From positions 78,494,001 through 78,558,000 of the forward strand of contig NC_058368.1 of the NCBI RefSeq assembly GCF_018350175.1: a stretch of 64,000 nt of DNA. The letters run 5' to 3'. Shown here piece by piece: positions 1-14,389 of this stretch (position 1 is its first letter; the number at the start of each line of letters is the position of its first letter). A program made the translations under genes and the position numbers. The stretch comes from Felis catus. Taxonomy: Eukaryota. The notes under the pieces are model-generated. The model had not been told where the DNA came from and did not search any database. It was given only the letters and a program-made list of their open reading frames with translations.

Positions 1-193
1 TTTATTTTATTTTATTTTATTTCATTTTATTTTATTTTATATTATAGAGAGAGGAGAGAGAGACAGAATCTTAAGCAGTCTCCACACTCAGTGTGGAGCC
101 TGATGTAGGGCTCTATCCCACAACCCTGGGATCATGACCTGAGCCGAAATCGAGAGTTGGACACTCAACCATCTGAGCCACCCAGGCATCCCC
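1..193 (-). mobile_element. Can-SINE (SINEC)
   Basis: T-rich tail, (GA)n and reverse tRNA-derived head. Confidence 0.85.
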
Positions 194-239
194 GTTGTTC
201 TGACTTCTTAATCCCACCATTTAAGATCCTAACTCTCCT

Positions 240-468
240 GGGGCACCTGGGTGGCGCAGTCAGTTAAGTGTCCAACTTCAGCCAGGTCACGATCTCGCGG
301 TCCGTGAGTTCGAGCCCCGCGTCAGGCTCTGGGCTGATGGCTCAGAGCCTGGAGCCTGTTTCCGATTCTGTGTCTCCCTCTCTCTCTGCCCCTCTCCTGT
401 TCATGCTCTGTCTCTCTCTGTCCCAAAAATAAATAAAAAAACGTTGAAAAAAAATTAAAAAAATAAAA
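240..468 (+). mobile_element. Young SINEC_Fc-like Can-SINE
   Basis: ggggcacctgggtggcgcagtc head, CT-rich stretch, A tail, TSD aga(t/c)cctaactctcct. Confidence 0.95.
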
Positions 469-802
469 GACCCTAACTCTCCTTCAAAATCCTGTTTGAT
501 GCCACTCTGCTCACTTATGGGGAGAGCTCCCTTCTGCGGGCTGGGTTACTCCAGTTTGTACCTATTACACATCTGGCTGGTTTATATGCCTTTCATTGAG
601 TATGTGTTAATTATGATGCTCTTTAATATGATGAATTCTTAAAATACAATTCCACATGCAGCCGGCTCAGCACTGAATAGAGTTGATTCGCATAATTAAA
701 TTCTGGTGGATTAAAAAATGCATTATGACCAAACAATAAACATATTCTGTAAAGTGTTTACAGCCACTTTTGTAGATGTTATCTCATTCAGCTGGGACGG
801 GG

Positions 803-1620
803 TTATGAGCTAAATTGCATCATCCCCCTGTAAGATGCCTATGCGGAAGCCTAAGCCCCAGTTGCTCAGAACATGGCTGCATTTGGAGACCAAGCCTTTA
901 AAGAGGTCATTAAGGGAAATGAGGTTATGTGGGGCAGCCCCAATCCAATCTGATTGGTCTCCTTTTAAGAAGAGATCAGGGGCGCCTGGGTGGCTCAGTC
1001 GGTTGAGCGCCGACTTCAGCTCAGGTCACGATCTCACGGTTGGTGAGTTCGAGCCCCGCATCGGGCCCCTGTGCTGACCGCTCAGAGCCCGGAGCCTGTT
1101 TCAGATTCTGTGTCTCCCTCTCACTGACCCTCCCCTGTTCATGCTCTGTCTCTTTCTGTCTCAAAAATAAATAAATAAAAGTTAAAAAAAATTAAAAAAA
1201 AAAAGAAGAGATCAGGAGGGGAGCCTGGGTGACTCGGTTGGTTAAGCATCCAACTTTGGCTCAGGTCACGATCTTGTGGTTTGTGAGTTCGAGACCCACG
1301 TCAGTCTCTGTGCTGACAGCTCAGAGCCTAGGACCTCCTTCGGATTCTGTGTCTCTCTCTCTCTCTGACTCATGCTCTGTTTCTCTCTCAAAAATAAGTA
1401 AAGATTTTTTTAAAAGACAGACATCAGGATACAGACACACACAGAGGCAACACCATGTGAGCTCCTGGGGAGAAGGTGACGGGCTGCAAGTCAAGGAGAG
1501 AGACCTCAAAGGAACACCCTGATTTCAGACTTGGGTCCTCTAGTAACGTGAGAAAATCGGCTTCTGTTGTTCAGGCTGCCCTGAATAGGGCACTCTGTTA
1601 TAGCCTTGCAGACTAATACT
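803..1620 (+). mobile_element. MLT1-type MaLR LTR interrupted by two SINEs
   Basis: ttatgagctaaattg...ccaatccaatctgattggtctccttttaagaaga...gactaatac MLT1 motifs. Confidence 0.7.
978..1400 (+). mobile_element. Two tandem Can-SINEs (978-1205, 1217-1400)
   Basis: Two heads and tails; TSD aagaagagatcagg on the first. Confidence 0.9.
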
Positions 1621-2107
1621 GGCACTGCACCGAGGTCAGGTAACGAGGTCAATGTCAGCTTACTGAGCAGGCTAGGACCTGAATCTAAGCCCTCTGGCTC
1701 TACACAGGCCTCAGGCCACATATTTTGACACCTGGAAACAGATGTTTACTGAGTATGTTTGTTTGGCTTTTATTTTATGGTCTTGACTTTATGGAAACAG
1801 GTTCACCTTATATGTCTTTTCAAAAAGAGTTTATCAGGTTGGTTAGGGCCAAGCATAAAACCTTACCAACTGCTTTGTTCATAATGAAATGGATGAAGAT
1901 TTAAAATAAGCAGATTTTGTGGTGCTTCAGTTATTTTGAGGACATTAGAGGTAGGAGAAAAATCCACTGTATTTGTGTTTGATTGTTTTTGGAAAAATAT
2001 AGGTAACATTATGAACCTAACCTCTTACACTCTGATCCTTACTTGTAGTCATTACTCCAATTGAGATTTATAAAAAAACAATCTATTTAGAACATTAAGA
2101 AGGTGGC

Positions 2108-2255
2108 AGGGCACCTGGGTGGCTCAGCCGGTTAAGCTTCTGACTTCAGCTCAGGTCACGATCTCACAGTTTGTGAGTTCAAACCCCACATCGGGCTCTG
2201 TGCTGACAGCTCGGATTCTGTGTGTCCCCCTCACTTTACCCCTCCCCCACTTGCA

Positions 2256-2295
<40 letters not shown>

Positions 2296-2347
2296 AATTA
2301 ATAAACATTAAAAATTTTTTTGATTAAAAAATGTAAAAAATAAAAAA
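2108..2347 (+). mobile_element. Can-SINE
   Basis: Head, (CT)n, A tail, TSD aagaaggtggca. Confidence 0.9.
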
Positions 2348-5130
2348 GAAGGTGGCAAGTTTATCAGAGATTAAGTGGCCTTATGTCTGGTATTTGCTTT
2401 CAATGTTGGGAGGGACATGAGACAAGACTGGGAAAATGTTAATAAAAGTTCAAATTGGATGATAAATACATGAAATTTGTTTTAACGTGGTGAATTATTT
2501 TCAGTAAGTTTGACATTTTTTTTCTAATGGAAAAGTAAAGAAAAATCTCTCCAAGACTTGTTCGTGGATTGACAACTTTAACATTTGGCGAGTGTCATTG
2601 CCAATTTCCTGATGGATGCAAATACAGAGAAATGATTCAGGTCTTGGTCTGAGGCAAGAAGGGAATCTTGAGGCTTTTCCCTGGGAGCTGAGTAGAGCTC
2701 ACCTACTACCTGGTCTGTTTCATACACTCTTTCGTCAATAGTACAGCGTTTTTCCTGGCAGGACCCAGAGTCATTCTCAGAGAATTAAACTCTTAGCTGC
2801 AACTTAAACTCAGACTATGAAGTATGATGAGTTGACTGGAAGCAAGACAGGCCAAGGAGGAAACAAATCACTTGGTGAAGGGATTTCAGAAGTAGGGCAG
2901 CTGAACTGGCCAGAGAAAATGAGTGGAAAGAAGTCAAAGATAAAAACGGAGGTATGGAGAGACACAGATACAGAGATGGAGACAGGCAGAAACAGATATA
3001 AAGGGTTAAACAGAGAGCACAGGGTTTGCAGTCAGGGGCTCACTGTTAAATAGCAAAGTAGCCTTGGGACTTGAGGCGGGGCCAACCTCTGATGCTCATT
3101 CTCCAGTCGTCATGGGGTCTCAAGTCACAGGAAGCATCTCCTTTGTATAAAAGGCCAGAAACGGGACAGACAACTCCATTCTACTTGACCCACAACTGAA
3201 GGAGGATGCGACAGTTCCCTTCCTACTGCCAGCTTGCAAAGAACACCATGTCTCTAGGTCATTCATGAATTCACTTACCCATCAAAAACGTGTTACACGG
3301 CTAGTGCGTGCCAGGCCCTGGGGCCACAAGAGTGAACCACATGCAATCCGTGCCTTTGAGGAGCGTCCCATGTACTGAGATGCTCAAGAAAATATACCAT
3401 TTCCCTGCCAAGTAATTTATGAAGAAAGCACTCTGCGCTGAGCTTGAGATGAACCGATGAGAAGAAATCTGTGCACCAAAGGCATTCTCAGTGAAAGTGG
3501 TGATCTTAGCCATAGCCACGCCGAGTAACAAGTGATTCTGAAAGCTAATAAGTGCAATCATTCCTGTACCTTCACCTCATGAGTTTGGTAATATCGGCTG
3601 GTCTCAGTTGGACTTGCTCCTCCTGTCTGGAGCCAGACGTCTGTGGCTGATGGAGGACGGCCTCAGCCGGGTTGACTCCTTTCTGCTCCCCATGTCTTTT
3701 GTCTCCCAGTGGGCAGTGGGCTCGCCTGGGCACGTGCTCATGGCTGTGACAGAAGTCAGCAAGACCCAACACACCGATGGCTCAAGACCACCAGCAAAGC
3801 AAGTCATGTGGCCAAACTGGAGACACTGCAAGGTGTGGAGAATCAAGCCACTGAGGTGTCCAAGCTAACACGTCGCCCCAGGGCACGGCAAACTGGCACC
3901 ATCTTGGTTCTGCCACCAGCATCCAGAGGGAAGAAAGGAATCCAACCATGTTATCAATCAGTAGGGTCTTTAAAAGGATCTCAGTGAAGCAAATGCAGCC
4001 CCAGGGAGCTGGGTGGTCATACTTTCTTCAGGGCAGCTTAGGTTGCATCATTTTAGCCGTAACACCTCCCTGGGACGTTCGGACACCCTGTTGTTTTGTG
4101 CTGACTTCCCCTTTGCCACACAGCCCTTCCCAACACGGGGCTCAGCCACACGTGGATCCAGGGAGCAAACAGCTCCACTGTGTGGGAGAGGGGGAGGTGA
4201 GGGCAGGGGCAGAAAGGGCCAGGGTCTCAATGCTCCATCACTGGCTCTTCCTGCCATGTCTTCGATCAGGCAGGGGCAGCACTGAGAAATAGATCCCTGC
4301 CAACCTGGAGGAATTAGGCACGGGGAGACCACTTCTCTGGAGCCCGGAAAAGAACATTGCCATGACAACACCGAACTAATGGGTGTCCTAGAACGCAGGG
4401 GGCCCTTTATTGTCTGTAGATCCCATAATTAGGACTTGCTAGGGTTTCTTCAGAGTAGCGAGCAGGTCCTTTGTTACTTGGGGAGAGGCTAATCCGATTA
4501 ATCATCTATAAAGAGAAAGCAAAGGTAGCTAACTGCCTGATCGCCCCTAGAATCCAAACCACATCAGCCAAAGGGAACAAACATCTCAAAGAGTTACAAT
4601 AACTCAGTAGATGTAATTTCACGTCTAAGCATCCTGATGTATTTTGGATCCTTGCAATAAATTTGGTTTATTTCACACTTACTTATCCATTATAGATTTT
4701 GTGTGTGTGTATGTATAAAACTTAAAATATTTTACATAATGTCTATTTATATCTTATATGTGTACATATATACATGTATATTTACATACACACAGCCATA
4801 TTTTATATATATCTGTGAAAACTCAATCAAATTAATGAAGTTCTCAAAAAGATATCTTTTAGTATTTGGATAAAATCAACTGAACTGACTTACCTAAAGG
4901 GAAACATCTCCCTCCCTGCCCCAATCTCTCCCCCTCTCCTCTTAACAGGGAAAAAATTCAACTGCTGCTATATAACTACTCTAAATATATAGCATAGTGG
5001 ATAGGCTCACACAACTTATCAGTTGTGCACACTTTGGCAACTCTTTGTTATCTCTGTAATTTACAAAATGGTGATGTTAATTATACTCACACACAAGGCT
5101 ATTGTGGGAATTCAGAATATGAAAAACTCT

Positions 5131-5356
5131 GGGGCACCTGGGTGGCTCAGTCTGTTAAGCATCCGACTTGGGCTCAGGTCATGATCTCACCATTCATGGG
5201 TTTGAGCTCTGTGTTGGGCTCTGTGCTGACAGTTCAGAGACTGGAGCCTGCTTTGGAATCTGTGACTCCCTCTTTCTCTGCCCCTTTCCCGCTTACGCTA
5301 TGTCTCTCTCTGTCTCTCAGAAAAAAAAAATGTTAAAAAAAAATTAAAAAAAAAAA
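5131..5356 (+). mobile_element. Can-SINE
   Basis: TSD agaat(a/g)tgaaaaactct. Confidence 0.9.
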
Positions 5357-6059
5357 GAATGTGAAAAACTCTTAGCACTGTTCCTGAAGCATTGCACTGG
5401 ACGGCCTTGGCATAGTCAAGAATCTCCTACTACCTTGGTGATTCTGATGTTGAAATCCCTAACACTTAATTTACATAACATTTGTTAAGTGCCTATGCTG
5501 TGCACAGTTCTACCAGTCTGCGTATGGATATAAAAAGGAAAGTGATATTCACCCTGCTCTGAAAGAACGTACAAGCCAGTTGGAGGGTGCCTTCAATATA
5601 TGAAAACAATATATCCTAATGAAATGATAGAAAAAAGAAACAAAAGCCAAGGGCACCAGAAAGAGCTGTGGGCACTGATGCTAGAGAAATAGGGGTGAGC
5701 ATCTAAGAGGGGGGTGAGCCTTAGGGGCTCCTTGCAGGGAAGGGAGGGGTTTTGAGTAGCGACAAGGCAGAGAGCACTCCGGGCAAAGGAGTGACTTGAG
5801 AAAATTAGGGAAGTTGGAAAAAATTAAGCAGCATTTTATCTCAGTCACCTCACTAAAGGTCAGAGCACCCTGACATTATGATTCATATCATACAACTCAC
5901 ATACGTCATATGTGAACTCACATAGGTCATATGTGAACTCACATATATAATCCACATAGAACCATGCTTAACCACTTCTGCTTATTTGCAGAGTCAACAC
6001 ATACTTTTATGAGCACACATCATCTTCAGTAATATCAAATACCGTAGTAAGTGAATGCA

Positions 6060-7530
6060 AACATCACTCGTTTATTAATTCGGCGATCACTTCTGTTGCA
6101 CCGGGTACCAGGCACCACGGGAGGGACTCAGGACCCAAAGACACACAGTTTGTTCTGGAGAAGTGTGCAATAGGGCTTGGTGGGAGAGACACGTGTCAAC
6201 AGGCCATTCCGAGGTTGTGGGATGGTCCTAGGGAGGCGAGGAGAGGACAAGGGGTTGGACAGAGGGGTTTCTGGAAAAGGTGACACGTGGACCCCAGCAG
6301 GCAGGATAAAGAGGAATCAGAGAGGCAGGGGAGAGGGCTCGTTCACAGCAAGACTAACTATGCACAAGGCTGGAGGCCTGAGGTAAAAAACTGGAGGTAT
6401 TCCAAGCTATTGAAGACTGCGTAAGTGTAGAATGAGAAAGGGGGTTGGTGAGATTGAAGGTTGAAAAGATAAGCAAGAAACACATAATGAAGGGCCTTAT
6501 AAGCTCTGCTAAGGAGTTAGCCTTTTATCCTGTAGGGACAGGAAATGAAGGAAGGGTTTCAGATAAGGCAGAATGAAATTTGCATTTAGAAAGGGCACTT
6601 TGGCTGCAGGGTGGAACCTGATTGGTGGGGTCAACTCTAAAGGTGGGGCTAACGGGGGGGGGGGCTTCAGACCAAGGAAAATGGTGGCTCTACGGGGAAG
6701 CCTGTTCACCGGATGAAGGCAGGAGAGGACCCCACAGTGACTGAATATCATGGTAGGGGGAGAAGTTACAGATGTTGCTCAGGTTTTCAACCTGGTGTTT
6801 GTATTAAGGGAGTGAACCAAAGCTTCTGTAACAAAGCCTAATGCTTCAGGGGCTCAACACCATGTGGTTTTATTTCATTCAGCACCCAGAGGGCAGTCTG
6901 ATGCAAGTGGGGTGGCTCTTCGCCAAGCATCATCTTTTTGGGGGCCACGTGAGAAGTATGTGAGATAATGGGGAAGACCTCAGGACCAGGCTTGTAAGGA
7001 GCCCACAAAACTGCTGTCCGTGGTCCTCTGCCAGAACTCGGTCACAGCATCCCCCTAGGTGTGGGGAGGGCTGGAGAACATGGTCTTTCTTGGCATCGGG
7101 TTGGACAAGAAACCAGGGTAGCACAGCATTGTCTGTGCCAATGTATCCCTTTTTTTGAGACAGGAAACACTGGAGGAAGAACACAGTTCAATTTTGAACT
7201 TAACTGAGTTTGAATGACCTACAGACCTCCTATACAGACCTATAGACCTCCATGTCTATAGATGGAGACATGGAAAATCAACTCTAAGTGTCAGAGCTCA
7301 GAGGACAATCCTGCAGTGACGTTAGCCATTTAGGAATCATCGGGTTGTGGTTGGTAGAGACAGCAGGTGTATGCATGGGAGCACACAAAGAGAGCAGCCA
7401 GGGGAGAAAAGTAACTTCCAAGGGAAGCATAGAAACATAGAGAATGAAAGTCACTTGAGACTGTGCTGTCCCAGAAGCAGACCCATGGATCAAATGATTA
7501 AAGGAGAAGCAGGATGTCCTGTTCTTCACT
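6060..7530. mobile_element. Degraded L2 fragments with probable MLT insert (~6800-7140)
   Basis: L2-like motifs such as ttttatcctgtagggacaggaaatgaaggaagggtttc and tttggctgcag. Confidence 0.5.
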
Positions 7531-8935
7531 ATTACAGAGAAGTCAAGAAGTTAAAACGGTAAAGTCCTTTGGCTACCCCAAGCGTGTCCATCAATATCCA
7601 CAGAGAGAACAGTGTCGGTCAAGTGTGAGGGGAAGTTGCTAGATGTCAGTAAATGGGAGACTGGAAGGTAGAGGGATAGAGCCAGTGAGAGTGGATGTAT
7701 CTTTCCAGTTTACCTGTAGTGGAGCTTGGGAAGCAGAAAGGCTCAAGAGCACATTCTTCCACCTTCCCTGCCCTTTTTTAAAGAAGGGAGAGACTTTAAT
7801 CGTTATCAATACTGATGAGACAAGAAATGGAAATGCAGAGCAGAGTGGGAGAACGGATGGACGGAGGACTTTGAAGGGCCCAAAGAGAACGGATCCTGAA
7901 GGTCAGTGGGCCAATTTGGAGAAGAGAGAGGCCATCTGCTCCTTTGCAAGGGGAGGTGCCTGCTGGAGGCCACGACGGGTGCAAAGGTGCACTCTTCTGC
8001 GGGTAGGGGAGTAGTGGCCCAGCCCGCAGGAGTCAGACACTTTTGCATGGATTGGTTATCAGGGTCAATGCCCATTCTGTTTGGTTTTGCACAGGGGAGT
8101 GCAGGATTTAATGAGGAAAACTAGGGGTCCAACCACTTTCCCAAAAGCAGTGATAGGCCTGTGTGCACGGCAGACAAGGTTCTCTGTTGGCCAACTCCTC
8201 CAAGCAAGCTGGTTGTGAAATGCCCCCGGGTGCGAACATTTGGTGGGTGCCTTGTTGGTCAGGCGTGTTTGATTTCTTTTTTTTTTAAGATTTTATTTTT
8301 TAAGTAATCTCTACACCCAACATGGGGCTCAAACTCACAACCCCAAGATATCATGCATGTTTGACATTTTTAGGGTGAAGATTGTGTCAAAGGTTATAAT
8401 TGCAACTTATGCTGTGTATACTTTAAAAATTTGGTAGATGCTTTTTTCAAGTTCTCTCAGTTTTGGGGGGACTATTACACTCGCGGCAACAATATTGCTA
8501 AGGCCAGCAGTAGCAGGGATATGAGTTCCTGTGTCTCTACATTGTCAATCTGGGAATGGATTTCATTTAATTTTTTTTTTCCCATTGTGAAACCTCGTAT
8601 CTCATTGTTACGTTTTAAAATTTTTCTTACCATTAGTAAAGCTAAGCATCTTTCCGTAGATTATTGGGCATTTTACTTGCTTTTTCTATGTATTATTTGG
8701 AATATCCCTTGCTCCTTTTGTGGAAGGTAATTTGTTACTTTTTTGTCAATTTTTAACTGTTCTTTTAATTCAAAACATGTCATTTCCTCTCATAGGAATG
8801 CTATATGGTTTTAGGTATACTTTTAAAATTCTCCTCAACATGTACTGAATATTTCTTGCTGTATTTAACCTCCCTTTCAGGGGAAGGGGGATTATTGTGA
8901 ACCTGATATTTGCTTTTCAATTAAAGATAAAAGCA

Positions 8936-9160
8936 GGGGGCGCCTGGGTGGCGCAGTCGGTTAAGCGTCCGACTTCAGCCAGGTCACGATCTCGCGGCCC
9001 GTGAGTTCGAGCCCCGCGTCGGGCTCTGGGCTGATGGCTCAGAGCCTGGAGCCTGTTTCCGATTCTGTGTCTCCCTCTCTCTCTGCCCCTCCCCCGTTCA
9101 TGCTCTGTCTCTCTCTGTCCCAAAAATAAAAAAAATAAATAAACGTTGAAAAAAAAGGTA
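8936..9160 (+). mobile_element. Young SINEC_Fc-like Can-SINE
   Basis: CpG-retaining near-consensus copy with A tail. Confidence 0.95.
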
Positions 9161-9396
9161 AAAACAGTAAACAGTGTTTTTTGTTTAGGTGTTTTAATGA
9201 ACCAACCACTTTCTGGCTTGCATTTAATAGTTTTTAATGTTTTTATTGTATCTGTATTTAATAGTTTATTTCTTTTTCATTTAATTCTGTTGTGTTTAGG
9301 TATAGAGTTATCACCCCCGTAAATGACAGCTTCGCCACCTCCTTCCTAGTTTCACGTTTTTTTCCGCAGAGGTCTTCCCGCCATGACCCTGCCACG

Positions 9397-9433
<37 letters not shown>
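9397..9433 (+). repeat. Poly(C) homopolymer, 37 nt
   Basis: Uninterrupted C run. Confidence 0.95.
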
Positions 9434-9434
<1 letters not shown>

Positions 9435-10256
9435 CTCTTGGCTCTTGTCCTTTAAGCAGGACACGGAGCTTGACTTCACGTGTGCTCTCATCCAGTGAGG
9501 AATATTTAACTGCTTCTATTTCATAAAAATGTTGTTCTTTAATCTGGCACGGTGTCACAGTTTTCCTCCTGTCATGCTTGCGTCAACGGCAATGACAAGG
9601 GAGTGTTTTCATTGTGATTTATGTTAATATTTTGCCTTGTACGTAAGGACAATTGCCTCGCAGGAATGAAGCCCTTTGCGTGGGGCCATTTCTTCTTTCA
9701 TGTGCTGGAGTCTAGTTACTCTGCGAGGTACCCACACATGCTTTACTTCTCTTTCTCTGCCACCGAAGCTTCTTCTGATCACTTATCCCAGCAACTCCCC
9801 GGAGGTAATAATAATGCTTTTCCCTGTGTTTTTCCCTGGCCTTTCAAATCGACAGTGACACACTCTTACGGGTGGGCTCAAAAGTCTCATGGGAAGGGGC
9901 ATACTGAGAAATGTGGCCCCCAGATTCTCCTGGACAAAGGAGGTGAGACTAGAATGTGTTTGTGGTTCTCCTGGAGTAGATAAGAGGTACCATCACGGTT
10001 ACAGTCAAAGAATAAACTTTCATCTCTCCTTCGCTGTTTCACTTCTCTTTTAACTTTTAAATTCCCGGCTCATTGCTTTTTAACAAAAACATCGTTAGTT
10101 CTTATCTTCTCCTTTGTTTTGTTTTGCCATGCTTTTAGCTAAAATTCCCAGGAAATGCCTTATTTAATTTAATTGTTTCTTTTTAAAAAAGTTGTTTTCT
10201 CATTGTGTTCATTTAATTAGTTAATTAATTAATTTTTTTAAAAAAGGCAGACTCCA

Positions 10257-10580
10257 TGGGGCGCCTGGGTGGCTCAGTTAAGCGTCTGACTTTGGCTGGG
10301 GTCATGATCCCACAGTTCGTGAGTTCGAGCCCTGTGTTGGGCTCTGTGCTGATGGCTCGGAGCCTGGAGCCTGCTTCCGATTCTGTGTCTCCCTCTCTCT
10401 GCCCCTCCCCTGCTCATGCTCAGTCTCTCTCTATCTCTCAAAAATAAATAAACGTTAAAAAAAAACAACAACTTTAAAAAGGCAGACTCTACTCAGGGCT
10501 TAAACTCATGACCCTGAGATCAAGAGTCACATTCTCTACCAGTCACATGTTCTACAGACTGAACCAGCCAGGCATCCCTT
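10257..10580. mobile_element. Can-SINE (+, 10257-10478) plus minus-strand SINE fragment
   Basis: TSD aaaaggcagactc; reverse head ending ccaggcatccc. Confidence 0.85.
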
Positions 10581-11175
10581 TAACCTCTTCTTTTTTTATT
10601 TAATCCATTGTTATTTAATGCAATTAATGGTTTAGGTCAATGAATCTTATCTGAGCCCTGCATTACCCGCATCTTAAATTTCTGTTACTTAGGGAAACAT
10701 GTATTTTCTTCTCCTGAAAATACTACATGTCTATCAAATTTCAGCAAAGTCAAGCCTGACCCTGTAAAAGGGATGGGGGTAAGCACTCCCATCCAGGGCC
10801 AGTGGGAGTGTGAATTCAGACATGTTTTAAAAATTGGGCATGTGTAGAAAATACAGTGTAAACTTATGTCTTTTCATTCAATAATGACACTCCTAATTTA
10901 TCCAGAAAAAGGTGATTAGAAATACTTCAACATCTTTATATAAGAAGGGTGTCAATCCCAGTTCTATTTACAAACTTTGGAAACTGCAAAAAAAATGTCA
11001 AACACTGGAACCATGGTTAAATATAAGGTGTGGTACATTATATGATGGAATATTCTGCAGCCAGAATTTTTTTTATTCTAAAAATGTTCACTAAGACATT
11101 AAAAGTTACCTTCTTGAAGAATATTTAAAGATATAGGAAAATTCTTTTTCTTTCTACTTTTTAAAAACTGTTTAC

Positions 11176-11690
11176 GGGGGCGCCTGGGTGGCTCAGTCGG
11201 TTGAGCGTGGGACTTCGGCTCAGGTCATGATCTCGTGGTCCGTGAGTTCGAGCCCCGCGTCAGGCTCTGTGCTGACCGCTCAGAGCCTGGAGTCTGTTTC
11301 AGATTCTGTGTCTCCCTCTGTCTCTGACCCTCCCCCATTCATGCTCTGTCTCTCTCTGTCTCAAAAATAAATAAACGTTAAAAAAAATTTAAAAAAAACT
11401 GTTTATTAATTTGGGGAGGGATGGGCACACACACCTACAAGTGGGGGAGGGGCAGAGAGAGAATCCCAAGCAGGCTCTGAGCTGTCAGTGCAAAGCCCAA
11501 TGCTGAGCTCCGTCTCATGAACCCATGAGATCGTGATCTGAGCCAAAATCAACAGTCAGAGGTGTGCCTGGTTGGCTCAGTTGGTTAAGCCACCAACTTT
11601 GACTTTGGCTCAGGTCATGATCTCATGGTTCGTGGATCGAGCCCTGCATTGGGCCCTGTGCTGACAGCTCAGAGCCTGAAGCCTGGGAGC
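11176..11690. mobile_element. Cluster of three Can-SINEs (+, -, +)
   Basis: Heads at 11176 and 11560; reverse copy 11400-11560. Confidence 0.85.
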
Positions 11691-13230
11691 TCTGGGTGTC
11701 AGAGATATAAATACATTATATTTTTGATATTTTTCTCAATTTCTCCACATTATTCATTCATTGCTTTTATGGTAGCAGAGGAAAAAAATAAAGATTTTTC
11801 ATAACAAGTGGGAAATAAACAGGCCCAGTTAGGAAGCAGCCTGGGCATACAACTCACTGAATAAAAATGTCTGGTAAACAGCCTGGTGCTGCCCTTTTTC
11901 CAGAGCTGTACATCTTCTGGGTCTCCTGCAGTGATCAAATACTTGACTTTCAAAATTATTCCTCGGCACGCACATTTAATTGTTGGTTGAAACGATACAC
12001 CAAGTAAATAGATTTTAGCTGGAGTATTTACTCCAAGTAGAGAGGAGATATCTGGGCTTGTGTTTTATAAGAAAGAAAACAGATACATATATTTTGGAAC
12101 AGGAGAGAAGAAACTACTATTTCTTCTTCTTCTTAGCTGTGCACATCTCTAAAATATTCACAGGTATTATTCTGGAGCCTGGGTGATTGATAGGGAAGGT
12201 GGTCACCGTGGGTGGATGTCAGGTGGGAGATCTTCATCAGATAGAAAACTGTGAGACCAGTTGCAGGTTAGAAGTCTTGATTTGTCAAAACTCAGTCTTA
12301 AATTAAAAAAAAAATTATTGAAACAAACAAACAAAAAAACAGAAAAGGAGTTAATGTTGAAAGCTGTTCTTGTGAATACTATTTGCAACATACAGTGAAA
12401 ATGAGTAAGTCAGTGCCTTTCTAGGATGTACGTAGGTGCAGGGGGTTTCTTTCTTAGATCTTGGAATGAGCCATTCTGTGTAGAAAAGGCAAAAAAAAAG
12501 TGGGGGGATTATTTTAAAGTAAGTGGATCATGTTGCAGGGGGCCTATCTGGAAATTACTGACATTTAAAACCTATTTCTGCGAATGAAAACTAGACTACG
12601 TGAATAGAATTTGTCTTTCTCATCATTGAGACATAGATGTTGTTTTACAATCTGATTCACAAATACAGGTGGTGTTCTCTAATCAACCTTCCCAAAGTAG
12701 CTGTGTGCCGATCGCCTCCGGGAGAATGGGTGTCTTCTTTCTCACCCAGTCGTAACAAAAATTTTAATATTCTTCTTTTTGTCTCTATAATTTCTCTCCC
12801 CTACTAAGATGTTTATTTGGTGAAGGCGGCCGGTCTGCTTCCTAGGGGTACTTGTGTACTCATTTCATACCTTCTGTATCTGTTTAGCAGAAGAAGAAAT
12901 GAATGGTTTTGCCATGCAGTCAGTGACATTGAAAATCTGTTCAGATAATCACAAGTGTAACTGGGTTATTATAAGCCTTTTAGTGGAAAAGTAAATTCAA
13001 TGACAAGAAAAACAAAACCGGGTTTTAAAGTATATGATTGGAACAGTATAAAATGTATTTTTGCCACAACAAAAACAGTCAATCTAAGACAAAAGACCTT
13101 GCATTTATCTGTGAGGGGGAATTACTAGGTCCTGGGGGGAGAATCGCTTCTTATCCCGAAGCAAACAGCTTCTCTTAGACCACTGAGAGCCTTAGTGATT
13201 TTCGTAATGTGTTTTAAGAGTGATAATGAT

Positions 13231-13460
13231 GGGGGCGCCTGGGTGGCTCAGTCGGTTAAGCGGCTGACTTCGGCTCAGGTCATGATCTTGCGGTCCGTGA
13301 GGTCGAGCCCCACGTCAGGCTCTGTGCTGACAGCTCAGAGCCTGGAGCCTGTTTCAGATTCTGTGTCTCTCTCTCTCTCTGACCCTCCCCTGTTCATGCT
13401 CTGTCTCTCTCTGTCTCAAAAAAATAAATAAACGTTAAAAAAGTTGTTTTAAAAATAAAA
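13231..13460 (+). mobile_element. Can-SINE
   Basis: TSD aagagtgataatgatg. Confidence 0.95.
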
Positions 13461-14389
13461 GAGTGATAATGATGAAGACAGAGGAGCAATTGTATTATTC
13501 TTACTTTTGAACATAACATCTACACTTCTCTAATAGCTACTTTTGTTTCTTTTTATGTGAACACTAAAGCTTAACAGTGAAATCGTTGCTTCTGAAGAAG
13601 GCGAAATGTATTTTCAAATTACCCCTTCTTGGAAGGCTGAGCCATGCATGTTCAGAAGCACAACACTTGAGTTTTTTCCTCAATCACTCTAGGATTTCTA
13701 ACAAAATTCCTGCTGTGTCTCTCAATTTCAGGTAATCACTGGGAGGCAGTTTGGGGTATTATCTAAGAAGGTGGTCTTGATGTCTGACGACCCGATCGGA
13801 AGCTGTGTGACGTTGAGCAAGTTATTTCTTTCTGTCAGATTCTACTCTAAAGTGAGAATTAGCAAGGGGGACACTAGCATTGGGATTGAATGTGGGCACG
13901 TGTGTGGGTACAGCTGGAACAGTCCCAGTGCCCGACAGTGCGGCTGCTTCTGCGGCTGTTCTTATGATATTATCATTGCTGTTATTTCATTCTTCAGGAA
14001 CTTTGAGAACTGCCTAGAGGATCAAGGATCACATGCGCCGAGGGACCTTTATGTCCCCCTTTTTGATTTCCTTTCAGAATTCCCCATTTCACTTCTATTT
14101 TCCTTTCTCTCGCTCCAGGAAGTTTCCAGACGTGCACCGGCCCCCTGGCTTTGCCGCTTCCACCAGGAAGGACCATGGCGGCAAGACTCAACAGCGAGGG
14201 GACTAAGTGGTCCTTTTCACCCAACATGTATTTCAAAAAGGAAGAGCTAAGAAAAGCAGGACTGTCACAGTGAAAATGAACATTTTTGGTCGTGGATAGA
14301 TAGATGGCAGTGGAGTTCAACCTGGATTTAGAGAGGTTAAAGATCACTTTGTACAGTCCAGGCATCTTGCATTAGTCGTGATACTAATT

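Noticed and set aside
3398..3537. Minus-strand open segment bounded by tttcag and gtatat
   Set aside because: No recognisable homology and no partner exons; likely chance.
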